From: Octopus sinensis
Lineage: Eukaryota
NCBI RefSeq assembly: GCF_006345805.1
Contig: NC_043007.1
Location: 76,818,001-76,882,000, forward strand
Length of the DNA stretch: 64,000 bases
Reading direction: 5' to 3'
Shown here: positions 1 through 13,716 of the stretch, piece after piece
Numbering within the stretch: the first letter of the stretch is position 1
Layout of the letters: every line of letters starts with the position of its first letter
Notes under the pieces: generated by a model
Seen by the model: only the letters and a program-made list of their open reading frames with translations
Told to the model about the DNA's origin: nothing
Database searches by the model: none
Position numbers and translations under genes: made by a program

Positions 1-345
1 GCAACTGTTGAAACAACACACATTCTGTCATGGGAAGAGAGGCAGTACCCTTGCTCTTTGAACCCTACTCCTCAAATTGATGTGGCTAATGTCCAATTTA
101 AACAACAGCGGAGAATAAAATATCAATAGAGAAAGAATGTGCAAGGGAAATCCAGTCTGAATATTTGCTGAGTGAATACCACTGGGTACTGAAGGATCAG
201 TTAGCCATGTTAAACCAACCTTACTCATCTCACAAATTTCTGATCTCTTATTTTGATGCACGCTAATAAAATTTTCAGATTTCATCAGTTTTTTTTATTT
301 TGACATTACTTATTACTTCATTTTATTCTCTTTCCATTCTTTCAG

Positions 346-392
346 CATCCTACTTACGTAATCTCCAGCAAAGCCGCCTTTCTCGTGATAAG
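346..392 (+). CDS. RIPOR: RIPOR/FAM65-like gene, internal exon (xSYLRNLQQSRLSRDK)
   Basis: Pyrimidine tract + TTCAG acceptor at 341-345 and AAG|GTTTGT donor. It ends in phase 0, matching the next exon. Upstream exons lie outside the window. Confidence 0.6.
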
Positions 393-516
393 GTTTGTAT
401 TCCAGACTTGTATGTTAGATGTTTTTCTTCTTATTTTTCATTTACTTATATTTTTTTTTCCCCTTGAAGTTTATTAGCAGTATTTGAAAATCTGTTCATT
501 TCATCTGTCTTTATGA

Positions 517-662
517 TCTGAGATCAAATGCCTCTGGGGTTGACTTTACTGTTCATCCTTTCAGGGGTTGATAAAATAAGTACCAGTTGAATACTGGGGT
601 TGATATAATCAACTTATTCCCACCTGCAAATTGCTGGCTCTGTACCAAAATTTGAAACCAAT
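517..662 (+). mobile_element. Degenerate tRNA-derived SINE (body and 3' part)
   Basis: Contains the TTCATCCTTTCaGGGGTTGATAAAATAAGTACCAG core shared with the intact copies at 33409-33640 and 44798-45025. Confidence 0.75.
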
Positions 663-1651
663 TATACTTCCACGTTTGCATCTCTGTGAATAATTACATT
701 TTGTGAATATTTGACTTATATCAATGGATCACAATTTTGTTGGTTTATGGCAGTGCAATGTTAATAGTAGGGGCAGAGGACTAGGGTAATGAAAGAGGTA
801 CTGGCTTAACACAAACTTTTAACACTATGTTGTGAACTTAAAGATAATACTGGTTGACGGTGAAATGGTTGGAGATTACATTGCTGTGTCTCTAGTTATT
901 CCAAGTGCTCCAGTAACAATTAGACTATACTTTGTTGAGGAGATTCAGTACTACAAAAATAGGCTTGGCATTGCCACTCTACTGTTAAAAATCAAACTCA
1001 CATTCCACTGCATTCCATAAGAAATTTTTCTCTGTCCTTTTTTCACCAGAATCACTCATTTACAAAACAGTTGTTTTTATTATTGCGTAATTTTACTTAC
1101 AGCAAGTATGCTATCATTCTTTTCCCTGTCATTCTTTTAATTTATGATGCCATTCTGTGATCATTCATTAAATTCCATATACTTCTCTAATTATCTAAGT
1201 TTTTTCAGTTCAAAGGTTAGGCTAGGCTCTTTTAAGGAGGCCCAATAAGACTGAAACATGCCCAAAATTGTTACAACACTGCTAAAGATCAAACTCACAT
1301 ACTACTCCATTCCATATTTAACTCATTGTAATTGAAATCTGTCTTCATCTGCCCTTTTTTGACCAAAATTAATCAATTAGAAAATTATTGTTCTCTAACA
1401 TTGTTAATGCAAGTATTTCCCAACAAGATACTTATGCGAACATCTAATCAGTGGTATTGTTGGTGGAGCAGCTAGGTGTGCCTATGTATATACTCTATAT
1501 ATGGATGTTTGTTGCCTATTTTTTGGCGAGTTCGGTGTTTATTTTAAAATAAGAACTCTTCACTATTGACATGTCATCCATTATCTAACCATTGAGCCAT
1601 CATGCTTTTGATAATCTGAATCATTAAGTTCATATTCCTTTATCATTCCAG

Positions 1652-1735
1652 TCACTGGTGGTATATGTTGAAGCTTTAGAAGACCAAACTGCTGAAGTTC
1701 GGGCAGGAGCAGCTGTTGCATTATCTCTCTTACGG
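1652..1735 (+). CDS. RIPOR: RIPOR/FAM65-like exon, HEAT/ARM-like C-terminal region (SLVVYVEALEDQTAEVRAGAAVALSLLR)
   Basis: TTCCAG acceptor, CGG|GTAAAT donor, 84 nt, phase 0-0. The peptide resembles the RIPOR/FAM65 C-terminal segment (ALLYYCEAL...AACLAL), recalled from memory rather than aligned. Confidence 0.8.
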
Positions 1736-1898
1736 GTAAATAGACTTTAACTTCACTGTCATTTTTGTTAATATCTCATGCACACAGATATCACACTTTT
1801 TCTTTCATTGTTGTTGTTACTGTTGTTGCTACATAAGTAATGATTATAAATTTCATGTAAATATATTAAAGAATCTTTTTATAATATCTCTGTTATAC

Positions 1899-3640
1899 TC
1901 CATCCATCTATCCATTTTCTTTGCCCACTATTTTTGAGAAGGGTCATAAGGGTAGTTTTTTCAAGCACTTGCTCTGTAGGATCCTTTCAGAAGCAACTGT
2001 CATTGTCCTTTTTGGTCGGATCCCCAAGTATTACCAACTGAGACTATGGATATTATCCAACCACCTGGTTACCTGACAGCTCAGTTTGAAGATGGCCTTG
2101 TGATTCTTTCCTGCAACATTTTAATCAGATGTCCATAGTACTAACAGAGCTGTGATCTATCAATGTGGAGAGGTAGTGGCTCAACCTAGAGAGACTCCCT
2201 GATCTCTAAGCTGTGCACCTTGTCATGTAACATTATTTCAGAGATCCTTCGGAGGAATCCCATTCGGCCACTTGCTGTCACAGTTGCACTCTTTTGATCA
2301 CATCCCAGCATTTATGACCATAGATGAGGATGAGCCTTTACTGTGCCAGCACCTGCAATTCTAGCATCCAGTGTAGCCTCTTGCTTCCCATCAGTTGTGA
2401 CTATGCCCCTGAAGTACTTAAACTTCTCCACTTGCTTCAAAGATGTTCTACTATCATGCAGAGTGCACTTGGGAAAACTTTCTTCAGATGGCTAATGTGT
2501 CAGTCTTTGCAACACTAATTTGCTTCCCTGCCTTGCAGAACTTGGCAGCAAACCCATTCAGTGCATGCAGAAGATCACTGTCTGGTGAACCAAGTAGCAC
2601 CACATCATCTACAAATATCAGCTGACTGATCCTACACCCACTGATTATAATGCCACTTCTACATTGGCTGCATGTTGATCCAGTTCATGGAAATTATAAA
2701 AAAGTAGAGGTGATAATATGCACCCCTGCCAAAGTCGAACACCTACATTGAAAAATTTCGACTGAACACCATGTAGAAAGAGGAACCCTAGCCAAGTATG
2801 GAAGAGGACTTCTTGTTAGGAAGTTGATGGATGCTCTGCCAGAATATTTTATTGGTCAATCTAAAGTCAGAGCCCAACTTACCTGCAAAATCCTCCCAAA
2901 ATTTAGCTTTGGGTGCTTTTACTGTTTCCATTGCAACTTTTCATGCCTCAGTGTATTATATATGCAGAAAGGGAAACTTATTTCTAAGCTGAGCTTTTTA
3001 AGCCACCTTATTTCCTCAAATGGCATCTATAACTTCCTGGTTAGACTAAGATGTTCTTTTACCACCTGGCACCACACTGAGCCACTTTTGTTCATAGTAT
3101 TGCATAGCCAAAGAAGAAACTGTCAAACAGAACAATTTCCATTCCATTTTGACATCTTCAGTTTGTTCTGGAAGGTTTCTAAATTTGGATGCAATAGTAT
3201 CTACATATTTGTTTCTTATTCCATCATCCCTTGGGGCTTCCCACTTTATCCTGTTAGTCACCCTGAACAGTTTTGCAGTTTTGTGAGTTCCCCTTGTAGA
3301 TATTTTCAGGTTGCTGATAACTGGGTAGTGATCAGTTGATAGCTTAGCCTCTCTCTTTACATGAACAACCAGCTCAGAATCAAAGACATCTGAGCAATAA
3401 CAAAATTTGTCAGTGACCTCTTATCCCTATATCAGTTATACTTATGGATATCACTGTGTTGGAAAGAGACGTTTATGATAGAGAGCTCGTTTCCAGCATA
3501 GAAGTCTAGTAAGACCCCTCCATTCCATTGAGTTCAGTAGTGCTGTTTTTCCCAATCACTCCTTTCCAAGTTCAATGATCAGTGCCAACATGTGCATTGA
3601 AATCTTCTTGTGAGACAAATGACTCCATTATACTGGTATT
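1899..3640 (-). mobile_element. Decayed RTE-like LINE (endonuclease and RT remnants)
   Basis: Minus-strand peptides EDFNAHVG (APE endonuclease, ~3585-3606), LIFVDDVVL (RT catalytic motif, ~2595-2622) and KFKY. Many stops and frameshifts. Confidence 0.75.
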
Positions 3641-3698
3641 TGAAAATAAGCTTTTTTTCATACAGTTCTATATTTAAGAGATGAGGAAATATGTACAT

Positions 3699-4112
3699 TA
3701 TTTACATTTGATGGCTATTTGTCCTCATCTTGTTTATCGTTTAACATGTTTCGGCTGATATACCCTCCAGCCTTCATCAGGTGTCTTGGGGAAATTTCGA
3801 ACCTGGGTTCTCATTCCTAAGGTATTTTACTATGTTGTTATTATTATTATTATTCAGGTCATTGCCTGGAATTGAACTCGGAATCTTGGGGTTAGTAACC
3901 CGTGCTACTAATCCCAAGATTCTGAGTTTGATTCCAGGCAGTGACCTGAATAATAATAATAATGATAACAATAACATCGAAAAATACCTTAGGAATGAGA
4001 ACCCAGGTTTGAAATTTCCCCAAGATACCTGATGAAGGCTGGTGGGTATATCAGCCGAAACGTTGTGTTAACAACAAACAAGATGAGGGCAAATATCTGT
4101 CTAATGAAAATA
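3699..4112. mobile_element. Head-to-head inverted pair of a non-autonomous retroelement (tRNA-like head + Penelope pLTR-like tail), ~200-bp arms
   Basis: Arms 3699-3897 and 3906-4112 are reverse complements around the 8-nt loop ACCCGTGC. The same tail follows the Penelope RT at 35041-35222. Confidence 0.85.
4024..4069 (+). ncRNA. Minimal type-I hammerhead ribozyme motif (Penelope-type)
   Basis: Stem I GATAC/GTGTT, core CTGATGA (4029-4035), stem II GGCTG/CAGCC, GAAAC, palindromic AACGTT helix III, and a GUU cleavage triplet. Confidence 0.6.
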
Positions 4113-4344
4113 GGTTTTTCATAAAATTTAAAAAAATAACTTATATTATGTCTGTATTTGTTCATTATTACCACATCACAATATTTGTCTCTTGAACTTT
4201 TAAAAAATTTTATTTCGCTTAAGTATAAAAAAGTGTACAGTGTCAATATTCATGTTCAATAAGTTCTATGTAAATTATCTGCAACTTCTTACTCATTGAT
4301 TGGCATGTTTATTTGTCTTACTTTTATTGATATTTCATCAACAG

Positions 4345-4438
4345 GCAACTGAAAGTATTCAACAGCTTGTGTTCCTGTGTCAGACAGACTCCTCTTCATT
4401 AGTTAAAGTATATCTCAAAGATGCTCTCTTCTCTCTAG
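4345..4438 (+). CDS. RIPOR: RIPOR/FAM65-like exon (ATESIQQLVFLCQTDSSSLVKVYLKDALFSLG)
   Basis: AACAG acceptor, CTAG|GTATGA donor, phase 0-1. Closely resembles vertebrate RIPOR ATESIKMLVTLCQSD...ETLLSLG. Confidence 0.85.
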
Positions 4439-4757
4439 GTATGATTTGTGTTTTTCTTTTCATATAAAAATATCTAATTATCCCATATGTATATACATTA
4501 TGTACCTGTGTGTGTATCATTGTAATTTAATGTCTGCTATCCATATAATAGGGTTATCTCAGAAGTAATGCAAATGTGGGTATAATTCTTTTATTAACTG
4601 GCATAGATCATTCAAATTCAGTTTGCCAGTAGATTAACTTATACCTGTACATGAAACATTTCTCATTGTAATCTCCATCATACATGGTGTATCTGCACCA
4701 TTGTTGAACCCAGCACTTCAATTCACATTAAAAAAATTGAGGTTAATACTCTGATTT

Positions 4758-5102
4758 CATCATCATCATCGTTTAACGTCGGCTTTCCATGCTAGCATGG
4801 GTTGGACGATTTTGACTGAGGGCTGGCGAACTAGATGGCTGCACCAGGCTCCAATCTTGATCTGGCAGAGTTTCTACAGCTGGATGCCCTTCCTAACACC
4901 AACCACTCCAAGAGTGTAGTGGGTGCTTTTTATGTGCCACTGGCACGGAGACCGGTCAAGCGGTACTGGCAATGACCTCGCTCAAATCTTTTTACACATG
5001 CCACTGGCACAGGTGCCAGTAAGGCGATGCTGGTAACGATCACGTTTGAATGGTGCCCTTTTATGTGCCAGCGGCACCCTACTAGCACGGGCACAAGTGC
5101 CA
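4758..5102 (-). mobile_element. 3' end/UTR fragment of RTE LINE family with (GAT)n tail
   Basis: CATCATCATCGTTTAACGTC...CTGGATGCCCTTCCTAAC motif, as at the 3' ends of the RT-bearing RTE copies at 54091 and 59810. Further copies lie at ~38030-38290, 40545-40785, 46545-46815, 53600-53765, 57780-57930 and 61245-61390. Confidence 0.8.
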
Positions 5103-5479
5103 GAGTTTTCTTTTAGTCATCTTATATCATTCAGTCTTATGATTGGCATCTGTATCTTTAACATTTACATGCATGCACTCAAACTCATATGACCACATAA
5201 GAGGTTAAGTGAAATAAAGATGTTCTTTCTGTGTGCATATATGCATCTATTATTAGTAAGAAATTTAATTAATGTATTGCTAAAATATTTCATAAACATT
5301 AATACTATACTTGAAAATAGTTTTCATTGTAATGTGTGAAAAGCAATGAAATTATGTATTAATTAATGTTAATGCATTTGATATACTATACCTATTATAT
5401 CAAGTAACATTTTTGTATGAGTAATTGTTTTAATTGCTTATTTTAATTTGATTAATTTATATTTATTTATTTATTGCAG

Positions 5480-5556
5480 GGAAAGAAGGAATAAAAGCGT
5501 TTGAAGAAACCCAGCTGGGTTGTCACGGATTCCAAGGTGTTCATGTACAAAAGTAA
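5480..5556 (+). CDS. RIPOR: RIPOR/FAM65-like terminal coding exon (GKEGIKAFEETQLGCHGFQGVHVQK*)
   Basis: TTGCAG acceptor; phase 1 completes the Gly codon. GKEGIKAFEE parallels RIPOR GEDGRLAYEQ. TAA at 5554-5556. Confidence 0.8.
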
Positions 5557-8500
5557 GACTCATAGTACAACCAGTGTGGGAGTATATGATCTGGATATGT
5601 TACTGATAAACCATTCATAAATTGAAGCCTATTGGATAGAAACTCACAGATGAAGGAATCCAAGCAAATGGGCTACTCTTTACTTCTTCACCTAGTTATT
5701 AGGTGGTTCTCTCTGTTCAGCCATGACAGCAAATCTTTCAGCCAACTTTGGTCAAAATGATATTTTGACAGTCAGCAAAATATCTATCTACTTACCTTAA
5801 ACCTACCTACCTACCTACTTACCTACCTACCTATCAGCCTGCTCACCAAATCATTTACCCACCCACATGTCTATTAAATTATCCCAGTAGCAGCTTGCAA
5901 ACCATTTCCAACTACCCTGCCAGTAGCCTGGAGTTGGATGTGCAACCTTTGTACTATGTTTCTTATTGATACACCAACCGCCAGCATCCGTATGTCACCC
6001 ACTGTTGGGTTTTTTTTTTCACTCAACAGCTTGCACTTGCCATTGCAGAACTACCAACAACAATACTCCTATCCTAATTTACCAGCGGCACCTCCTCCTT
6101 TACCCTCCAGTCAGAACAGGTTTCCTCAAAAATGTTATTTATTTTGTTCTATTCTATGAGGTACATCACTGCATTCATAATCAGACCTCATAATGTAGTA
6201 CATTGTAACATTTTGTGATTTTAGTCAAACCTCTTCCTTCTGTGACAGCTGGACCTAAGTTCTGACGAGTTTTCTGTCATGTCAAAGCACACTTTATATA
6301 CCATCCTGCACCTGACATAAGGTTTGAGGAAAATGAAACTTCATTGAAATTATCAGTTTAATTTTATTTAAAAAAGAAAAAAAACAATAAATCCATTACA
6401 ACCAAGCAAACACCCAACCAAATAATCAAATATACAGACCAACTTACCTACCAACCAAATACGCAAGCAACCAAACTAATAATCACAACTTAACAAATCA
6501 CAACCAATCAACCAGCAATGACAACCAATCACAGTAAATCAACTATATCTGTTACTGTTCCTGATTGTTCATAAATTATTAATGTTTGTACTCTGCTTCA
6601 GCATCGTTGTACTGTGTGATGTTATAAACCAGTACTTTGTAATGTTATGAATACTCTGTGTGGTGTTTTACATTTATTTAATGTGCTATGTTTCAATCTG
6701 TTACTGTGTTGACTTAATTTTTAGGTAAATAGAGTTCTTTATCTATTGATACTCTCTCAGTGTTCAGCTTCTATGTGATTCTTGCTCTGGTTAAATTTCC
6801 ATCTTATGTAGATAGCAGACTTGTAAATTTTAAAAGGGTTGGGGTCCCCGTGATTCTATGCTCTTATCTCCCTTGTATTAATGTCCGCTAAGGGAGATCA
6901 CCTGTACCCACAGATTATTGAGAAAATACCATTATATTTAGTATCAATAACTGCTGATTCCTTAACTTAATGGGTTCTATTCATACATACACACACACAT
7001 ACACAGTTCCAGCTACTTTGAATTGATTATAACCAAATAACATTGATATATTAAAAATACTGATTACTTTGCCACCGTCTGTTAATATTTTACAGCAATA
7101 TATGATGATACTATTTGATATTTCTAATAAATAGCATTATATAAAAAATTGTTTCTCTCAGTTAAAACTAGTTCTTTATATCTCTCAATGGGGGAGGAAG
7201 ACTAGTTACTATCAGCTGAAACTAGTTTCTTACATCTCCACCAAGTGATAAGTTGATGACCGCTACTGTTACTACAATTGAATTTGCATTCCGTCTTTGT
7301 ATGTGATATAAAATTAACTGGAATTTTAATAGCAAATTATCTAAATCAATTCCATTTCAATGCAGCCTAACATGTGATGATTCAATTGATGTCTTGATTT
7401 CTTAAAACAAGACCTTATTATTTTAATAGGGGCTTCATGAAAATACTCAGTTGTGGAGAGAGAGAGAAAGAGAGCGAGAGAGAGAGTGAGAGAGAGAGGA
7501 ATGTTATAGGTTCCTGTTGTTCTGTGCTCTTTCAAGACAGAAGGATCAAATCCTAGCACAGTTAGGCTAGTAACAAAGGTCTTTGTATTGCGGAGACCTT
7601 CTCACTGGTATGAGATATCTGTGTAGGTGAAGAAAATTGTCTGAAAACAGGGAGATATTTTAGTGCAGGCAAAGAAAACAGCTGAAGAAATGAAGAAGGA
7701 CATGATGGTTTTGCTTTTTGTTTGTTTTGTTTTATTTCATATGCATGTTTTTTTTTTTGTTTTTTTTTTAACGTATTGAAACTGACAGTTGTGTTAAATT
7801 ATGATTTCAGTTTTGTTTTAACTGCAGCAAAAAAAGATTATTTAAGATTATAGCTGCAAACTTTCCAAGGAATAATCTGTCTGCCAGGTCATTTCCAAAT
7901 TATTTTTCTTTCTTTTCATTCTTTGTTAATTCATTCAAACTTAATGAAAGTTGTTCACATATGGTATAATTTAATGTAAAAGAATTAAATTAAAATCAGT
8001 GGACATTATTTTAAATAAACTTGAAGTTCTCACATACATTTCAAAATATTGCCCATAATAATTTGGCCAGTGCAACTTAGGTATTAATACCTAATTAACT
8101 ACATTGGGATTACTATGAAGTGAGTAAAATTCATGTCTTGTCTGAGCCCATCATCTCTTCAGATTGAAATCTGTGTCATTATGAATGATGGAATCAATCC
8201 TGAATTAATGATAGAATTGTTAAATTTTTCAGATTTCTTTCTTTGCATTTTGTGTGTGTGTGTGTGTTGAATTTCCCTGCAGGAGTGCTCAAATCATTTG
8301 AAGTGAATATCTTATCTTTGATGATGATTCTAAGATTTCTACTTTAATGACCATTTTGCTTTCCATATTCACCAAAGTGACTGTTTATAAGGAAGCTCAT
8401 GCTTATTGAAATTTTAACTGGTTCCTGATGTTGACTAAGGAAAGTTAATGAACTAGTTAAAACCCCCCCCCTAGCTAAACTGCATATTAAAGGGGAATTT

Positions 8501-11055
8501 AGATGCATATGTGAGTATGTCTAAAGCTATTTTAAACTCTGGTAAACAGTTCAGTCATGCAGAAAAGCTATCTTGTAGTCAATCTTTGATAGAAGTATGG
8601 AAATGATTAGTTTCTGCAAATAAATAGTCATGGGTGTATAAGAGAATATTTTGGGGAATAGTTATGCTTTGTATTAATTATGTAAAGTCAAATCAAGTCA
8701 ATCTAGTTTATTCCTTGTTAAACAACCCCCACCCCCCACCCTCCAAAAAACAATGCTTGTCCCAATTGTCTCTCCATATCATTCCAATCTTCAAATTTTC
8801 ATTTCCTGCTACATGGATTGCAACATGTATTAATGTGAAGAGCCACTCTTCCTCCTTATTTGTTTCTGCTGAAGCAGAATTTAATGAGTTTCTCCACTTG
8901 AATATTTCAACATGGAATTGATATTTCAGTATAAGACTTCAAAACCTAAACATAAAATGTTTTCTTTTCATTTTGTTTTTCCATGTCAGATATCTCAACA
9001 ATTATAACCTCATTAACAACTCATCTCAGACATTTAAGCATAAAAATTATGGTAAATTGAACAATATACAGAATTGGTTTTAATATCAAAATTTAATGGG
9101 AATTAAATAATTCAATATTGAAATGATATGGACATTCAACTGTTCATGTTTCTGGGTATCAAATGATTTACTGGGATAAATGATGAAATCAATAAATATA
9201 GACCAACTAATACTCATTTTAAAATGGGATTACAAATAATTGAAAATTTGAACTTTTTTCAACTGGGTTTTTTTAGCTTTACCTATTATGGGTGGGAACT
9301 TATTAAAAACTGAGAAAAAATCTAGAAGCATTTATTTATTGTTATATTAGGCTTCTTTATGGGATAAATAAATAGCTATTTATAAATTTCTGTATTCCCT
9401 TTCACATTCAAAGATATTTTCTTGGCTAAGTTAGAAATTTTAATTTAATTTTTTGGTGCAAAAGCTATCCATTTTCCATGGTATTATATTGTTTACTTTT
9501 CTATAGATTCTCCATATGTACAACTTACCTTTGGTTAATTTGAATATTTCATTTTGAAGTACTTTCAACATATTCCACAGTGAATAGATGTTTAATAAAT
9601 ATAGGTAAAAGAACTACATAGCAAAAATAAACCCTCTCTTCCTCCAATGATTTGATGCCACTTCAATATTTTGTTTTATTTTTACAAATACAAGTGTGTC
9701 AAATGAACTCAGGGTTGTCTTTTCGTGTTTGCAAATCTATGTGTGTGTGTTTGTGTGTGTGTGTGTAACATCTCTTTCTCATTTTTAAATAAATAAATGT
9801 GTCTAAAATGTTTTCACACCTGGAGAACAAAGCTGCAGCAACTTGGTTACTAATTATACTAACAGGACCTCCAACAATAAAAAAAAAAACACTTAATGAA
9901 AAAACAATTGTAATGAAATAAATAGAAAAAAAATGGAAGACAAACCAAATCATCATTAATTAACCTATTGTTGTACCAAAGAATCTTGATGTTGCTTTTA
10001 TAGACTATTTGATGAAAACCCTGTTTTTTTTTTGTTTGTTTTTGTCAGCACCTGCCTACTGTAAATTGTGAATGTCATTGAATTAAAAAAGAAATAAATA
10101 TATTTCTCTAATAATGTCATAATAATACAATTTTTGTTACTCTTCTCATATAACCCACCTCATTCTGCTGTCGAAAAGCAGAAGCTACATATTGTATAAT
10201 AAATATTAAAAATTATGAGCATTATTGAAATGTCTATGTATATTACAATATAAAGTTATATATTGAATTATATATTATATATTATAATATATAATTCTGA
10301 GTTACATAAAAACGTGTCTGTATATTCTTTTTGCTTTTCTGGCACTCAAGGAGTCAAATGAATATAATCTATTTATTTCCATGTTCATGAGTGATTAAAC
10401 TGGAAATGGTGACAGCAGGACTCATTAATTAACAGTTTATTCATTTATTCAGCTAATTTCTGTGCAAATAAATCTTGAGGTATTTATGATTTCTCATTTC
10501 TCATCACACAAACTCACTAATTAAAACAATGAAACAATAAAGTTGCCAATATAAATAAATGGTGAAACAAGACTACCAAAATTCATGGGTTTTTATTCTT
10601 CTCAGTTCTATTTTTCTCTTGTATTTTTCTTTTTTTTCTTTTCATTTATTCCTGTTATTGTTGTTTCCAGCTATTTTCACTCTTGCCTTTCTGTAACCCA
10701 CCCCCAACCCACACAATTCACTTGATCTACTTAGAATTGTCTCTGGTATGTTACCAATCAAACCATCCTAATTTGTTTTCAGCAGTTGAATAAATGTTCA
10801 CTGATAAAGAATTCTTTCTCTAATCACATACACACACAAGCTTGCGAACAAATGAAAGAAAGAAAGAGAGTAGCAGTCAACATGTTTTTTAGGAGTTACA
10901 TATATTTTTAAAAACAGTTTGACTCAATTCCACAATACTTAAAGCCCATCTCTTCAATCTTATCAAATAATGAAATGGATATGTCCTATACGCTCACAAA
11001 GCTTAGTCATGTGGAGCTGAGTTAAACTGTTATTATTATTATTATTATTATCATT

Positions 11056-11097
<42 letters not shown>

Positions 11098-12180
11098 GAT
11101 AGATATAGCCAGCCTGTCATTCTTCTGTACGTGCATGGTATGAATAATCTGTAAAATAGCCTTGTTTCAGTTTGATCAAAATATAAACAAGAATTAAGTT
11201 TATCTTGAAGAACAAATCTAAAGGTATCCAAAGATAACAGAATCAAAAGAAAACATGCATAGAAGTATTCATGACAAACAAAGTTAGCAAAAATCTTCAA
11301 GATTAAAATTACCTCACCGCGTTCACAAATCTTAATAGTTATTTTCTAGAATATTCATATCTATGAGTGTTCTTATAAATAATTTAATCAAAGCCCTTTA
11401 GAAATTGTTCTGTTATTCCTGTGTGCCAATTACAAATGGAATTATTGGCATGTTCTTTAACTACAATAATGTCATTAGTTTGGCAGTTAAATAGATGTTT
11501 TAATTGGCTTCTACACATAATAATTATTTGGTATTGTTATATTAATCATTAATAAGCTATTGTCAGTTTGTAAGGGTAAATAATGTCAGCTTATATGCTA
11601 ATTGTATACTAGAGTTTTCATAGTGTTTTTACATAGGTGATTTTCAAGAGAAGAGGAAATTCATACAAGTACCAGAAAGCTTTACCTTGAAAGAGATGAA
11701 ATTTGCTGGCCAGCTATATGTAGAGCAGCATCACTATACCCTTGTATTTCCAAATGTATTTTGTTGGTGACAGTATACAGCATTTTGATATGCAGTGTAT
11801 TGCCTCAAGAAATGATGCATGTGATTACCTGTATTGTAAGAGTTGTAGATATTCCTTTCAGTATTCTAGTGATGGTGGACTGTTTTTGTATCATGAACAC
11901 TTGCTTCTTTTGCCTCATTCATGCTGGATTTCTGCATCTAGACCAGAGATTGTCTTTTATTTATACATAGGGCATCCAGTTTACAGAAATACTGGCCATG
12001 TAAAAGCATATCTTTCTGGTTATTCACCATGGTAGACCTATGTCTTCACAGTCTATATTTCAATTTGATTGTTGTTGTTCATTGTAATTATTTTCATTCC
12101 ATTTCAACTCCAACATCTTATCTTCACTCTAACATCATTCAAATAAAATTGGTATATGCTTATATATATATGTGTGTATA

Positions 12181-12218
<38 letters not shown>

Positions 12219-13487
12219 TCCAGACTTGGCTGTGTGGTTAAGAAGCTCACTTTGCAACCATATGGTTTTGTATTCAGGTCCCACTGTGCAGCATTCTGAG
12301 CAAGTGTCTTCTACTATAATCCCAGGCCAACCACTGCCATGTAAGTGAATTTGGTAAACAGAAACTGTGTGGAAATTCACTGTGTGTGTGTGTGTGTGTA
12401 TTGTTGTTGTTGGCATCCTTTTGTCTTGGGAGACAATGAAGTTGTGCATAAAATAATCCAGTCTGGTTTTTACATTTCATATACAGCAGCACTGAAGTGC
12501 CCTCTCTAGATTCCTCTCCAGTTTTGCATAGGCCTGGGCTAGATGTAAGAAAATCCTAGGTAGCCCAATCATCAGGATTCCTCTCTCAACCTTGCTGACG
12601 TAGTCCAAAGGAGTGCAGAGCATTATGTTTCGCACCAGCTTGGTTGCAGGAACTACCGGAAGAGTGTCAAGTCAAACACTAAACTGCCTACGGGGCTCCA
12701 CTCCGGATTTCTTTGAAGGTTGTCTCCTTTCTGTAACCCTGGGTAGGGGTCCATACCGGGTACAGTCAGCTAGAGGCCAGTTGAGCCCGGGACTCGTGTC
12801 AGGTATATATACACACATAGACCTAAATGTATTTGCCCACTACTGCTTGATGTGTATTGGTGTGTTTATATCCCCTATAACTTAACAGTTCAGCGAGAGT
12901 CCAACAGAATAAGTACCAGAGGAAGTACTGGGGTCGGTTTGTTCAACTAAACTTTTCAAGGCATTACTCCAGCATGGCTGCAATCCATGATATGCATAAG
13001 CTCAAAGAAATAGGTTTTGTGTTACAAAACACTGTACTGATAGCAAAATGTAATTTAAAGAGATGTAGTATTTAACTGACCCTACATTCACTCTACATGT
13101 GATGCCATCAATTGATTAATACCTTCAAGAAATATAGCTTTTATTGCCTCTGTATCTCTAATGAATAGTTTTAAATTGTTATCTATAGGCTTGTAAAAGT
13201 GTGGCTTTCAATTCTGACTCAGAATGGCTTGAATTGGATGTCCTTTATTGTGTGCATTTATTTTAAAGATGTAAAACCATCCCTGTTTCATTAATAGTGG
13301 CAAGAGATCCTTGATCTAATATTTCCATCATTATTTACCAGAAAACTTTGGTTTTATTTTTATGTTACTGTAACTTTTGAAAAAGGCTTGGGAAGGATTT
13401 ACTGCTGCAAAGTTATAAAACTTTTGATCTGATATTATTAACAATAGCATAAGTAAGTTGTAACAATTACAAACTAAGACTAGCATC

Positions 13488-13716
13488 TTAACCCTTTCGT
13501 TACCAACCCGGCTGAAACCGACTCTGGCTCTGTAGTACAAATGTTTTGTTTTCATAAGTTTTGAATTAAAATTTTCCACTAAACATTAGTCACAAGTTAT
13601 GTTCCTAACACTAGCTTAATGATAACTAAGTTATTTTACTAAATTCTTTGTGATATTTAAAATAATTGAAAGAAACTCAGAGCATCTCAAAATAAATATG
13701 GTAATGAAAGGGTTAA
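13488..13716. mobile_element. piggyBac-like MITE with TTAA target duplication
   Basis: TTAA|CCCTTTCGTTACC ... GGTAATGAAAGGG|TTAA. The internal sequence is homologous to 62060-62270. Confidence 0.85.

Noticed and set aside
970-1410. Degenerate ~130-bp direct repeat in a RIPOR intron (similar local duplications at 20420-20700 and 35580-35950)
   Set aside because: No splice signals or conserved frame; these look like ordinary local duplications.
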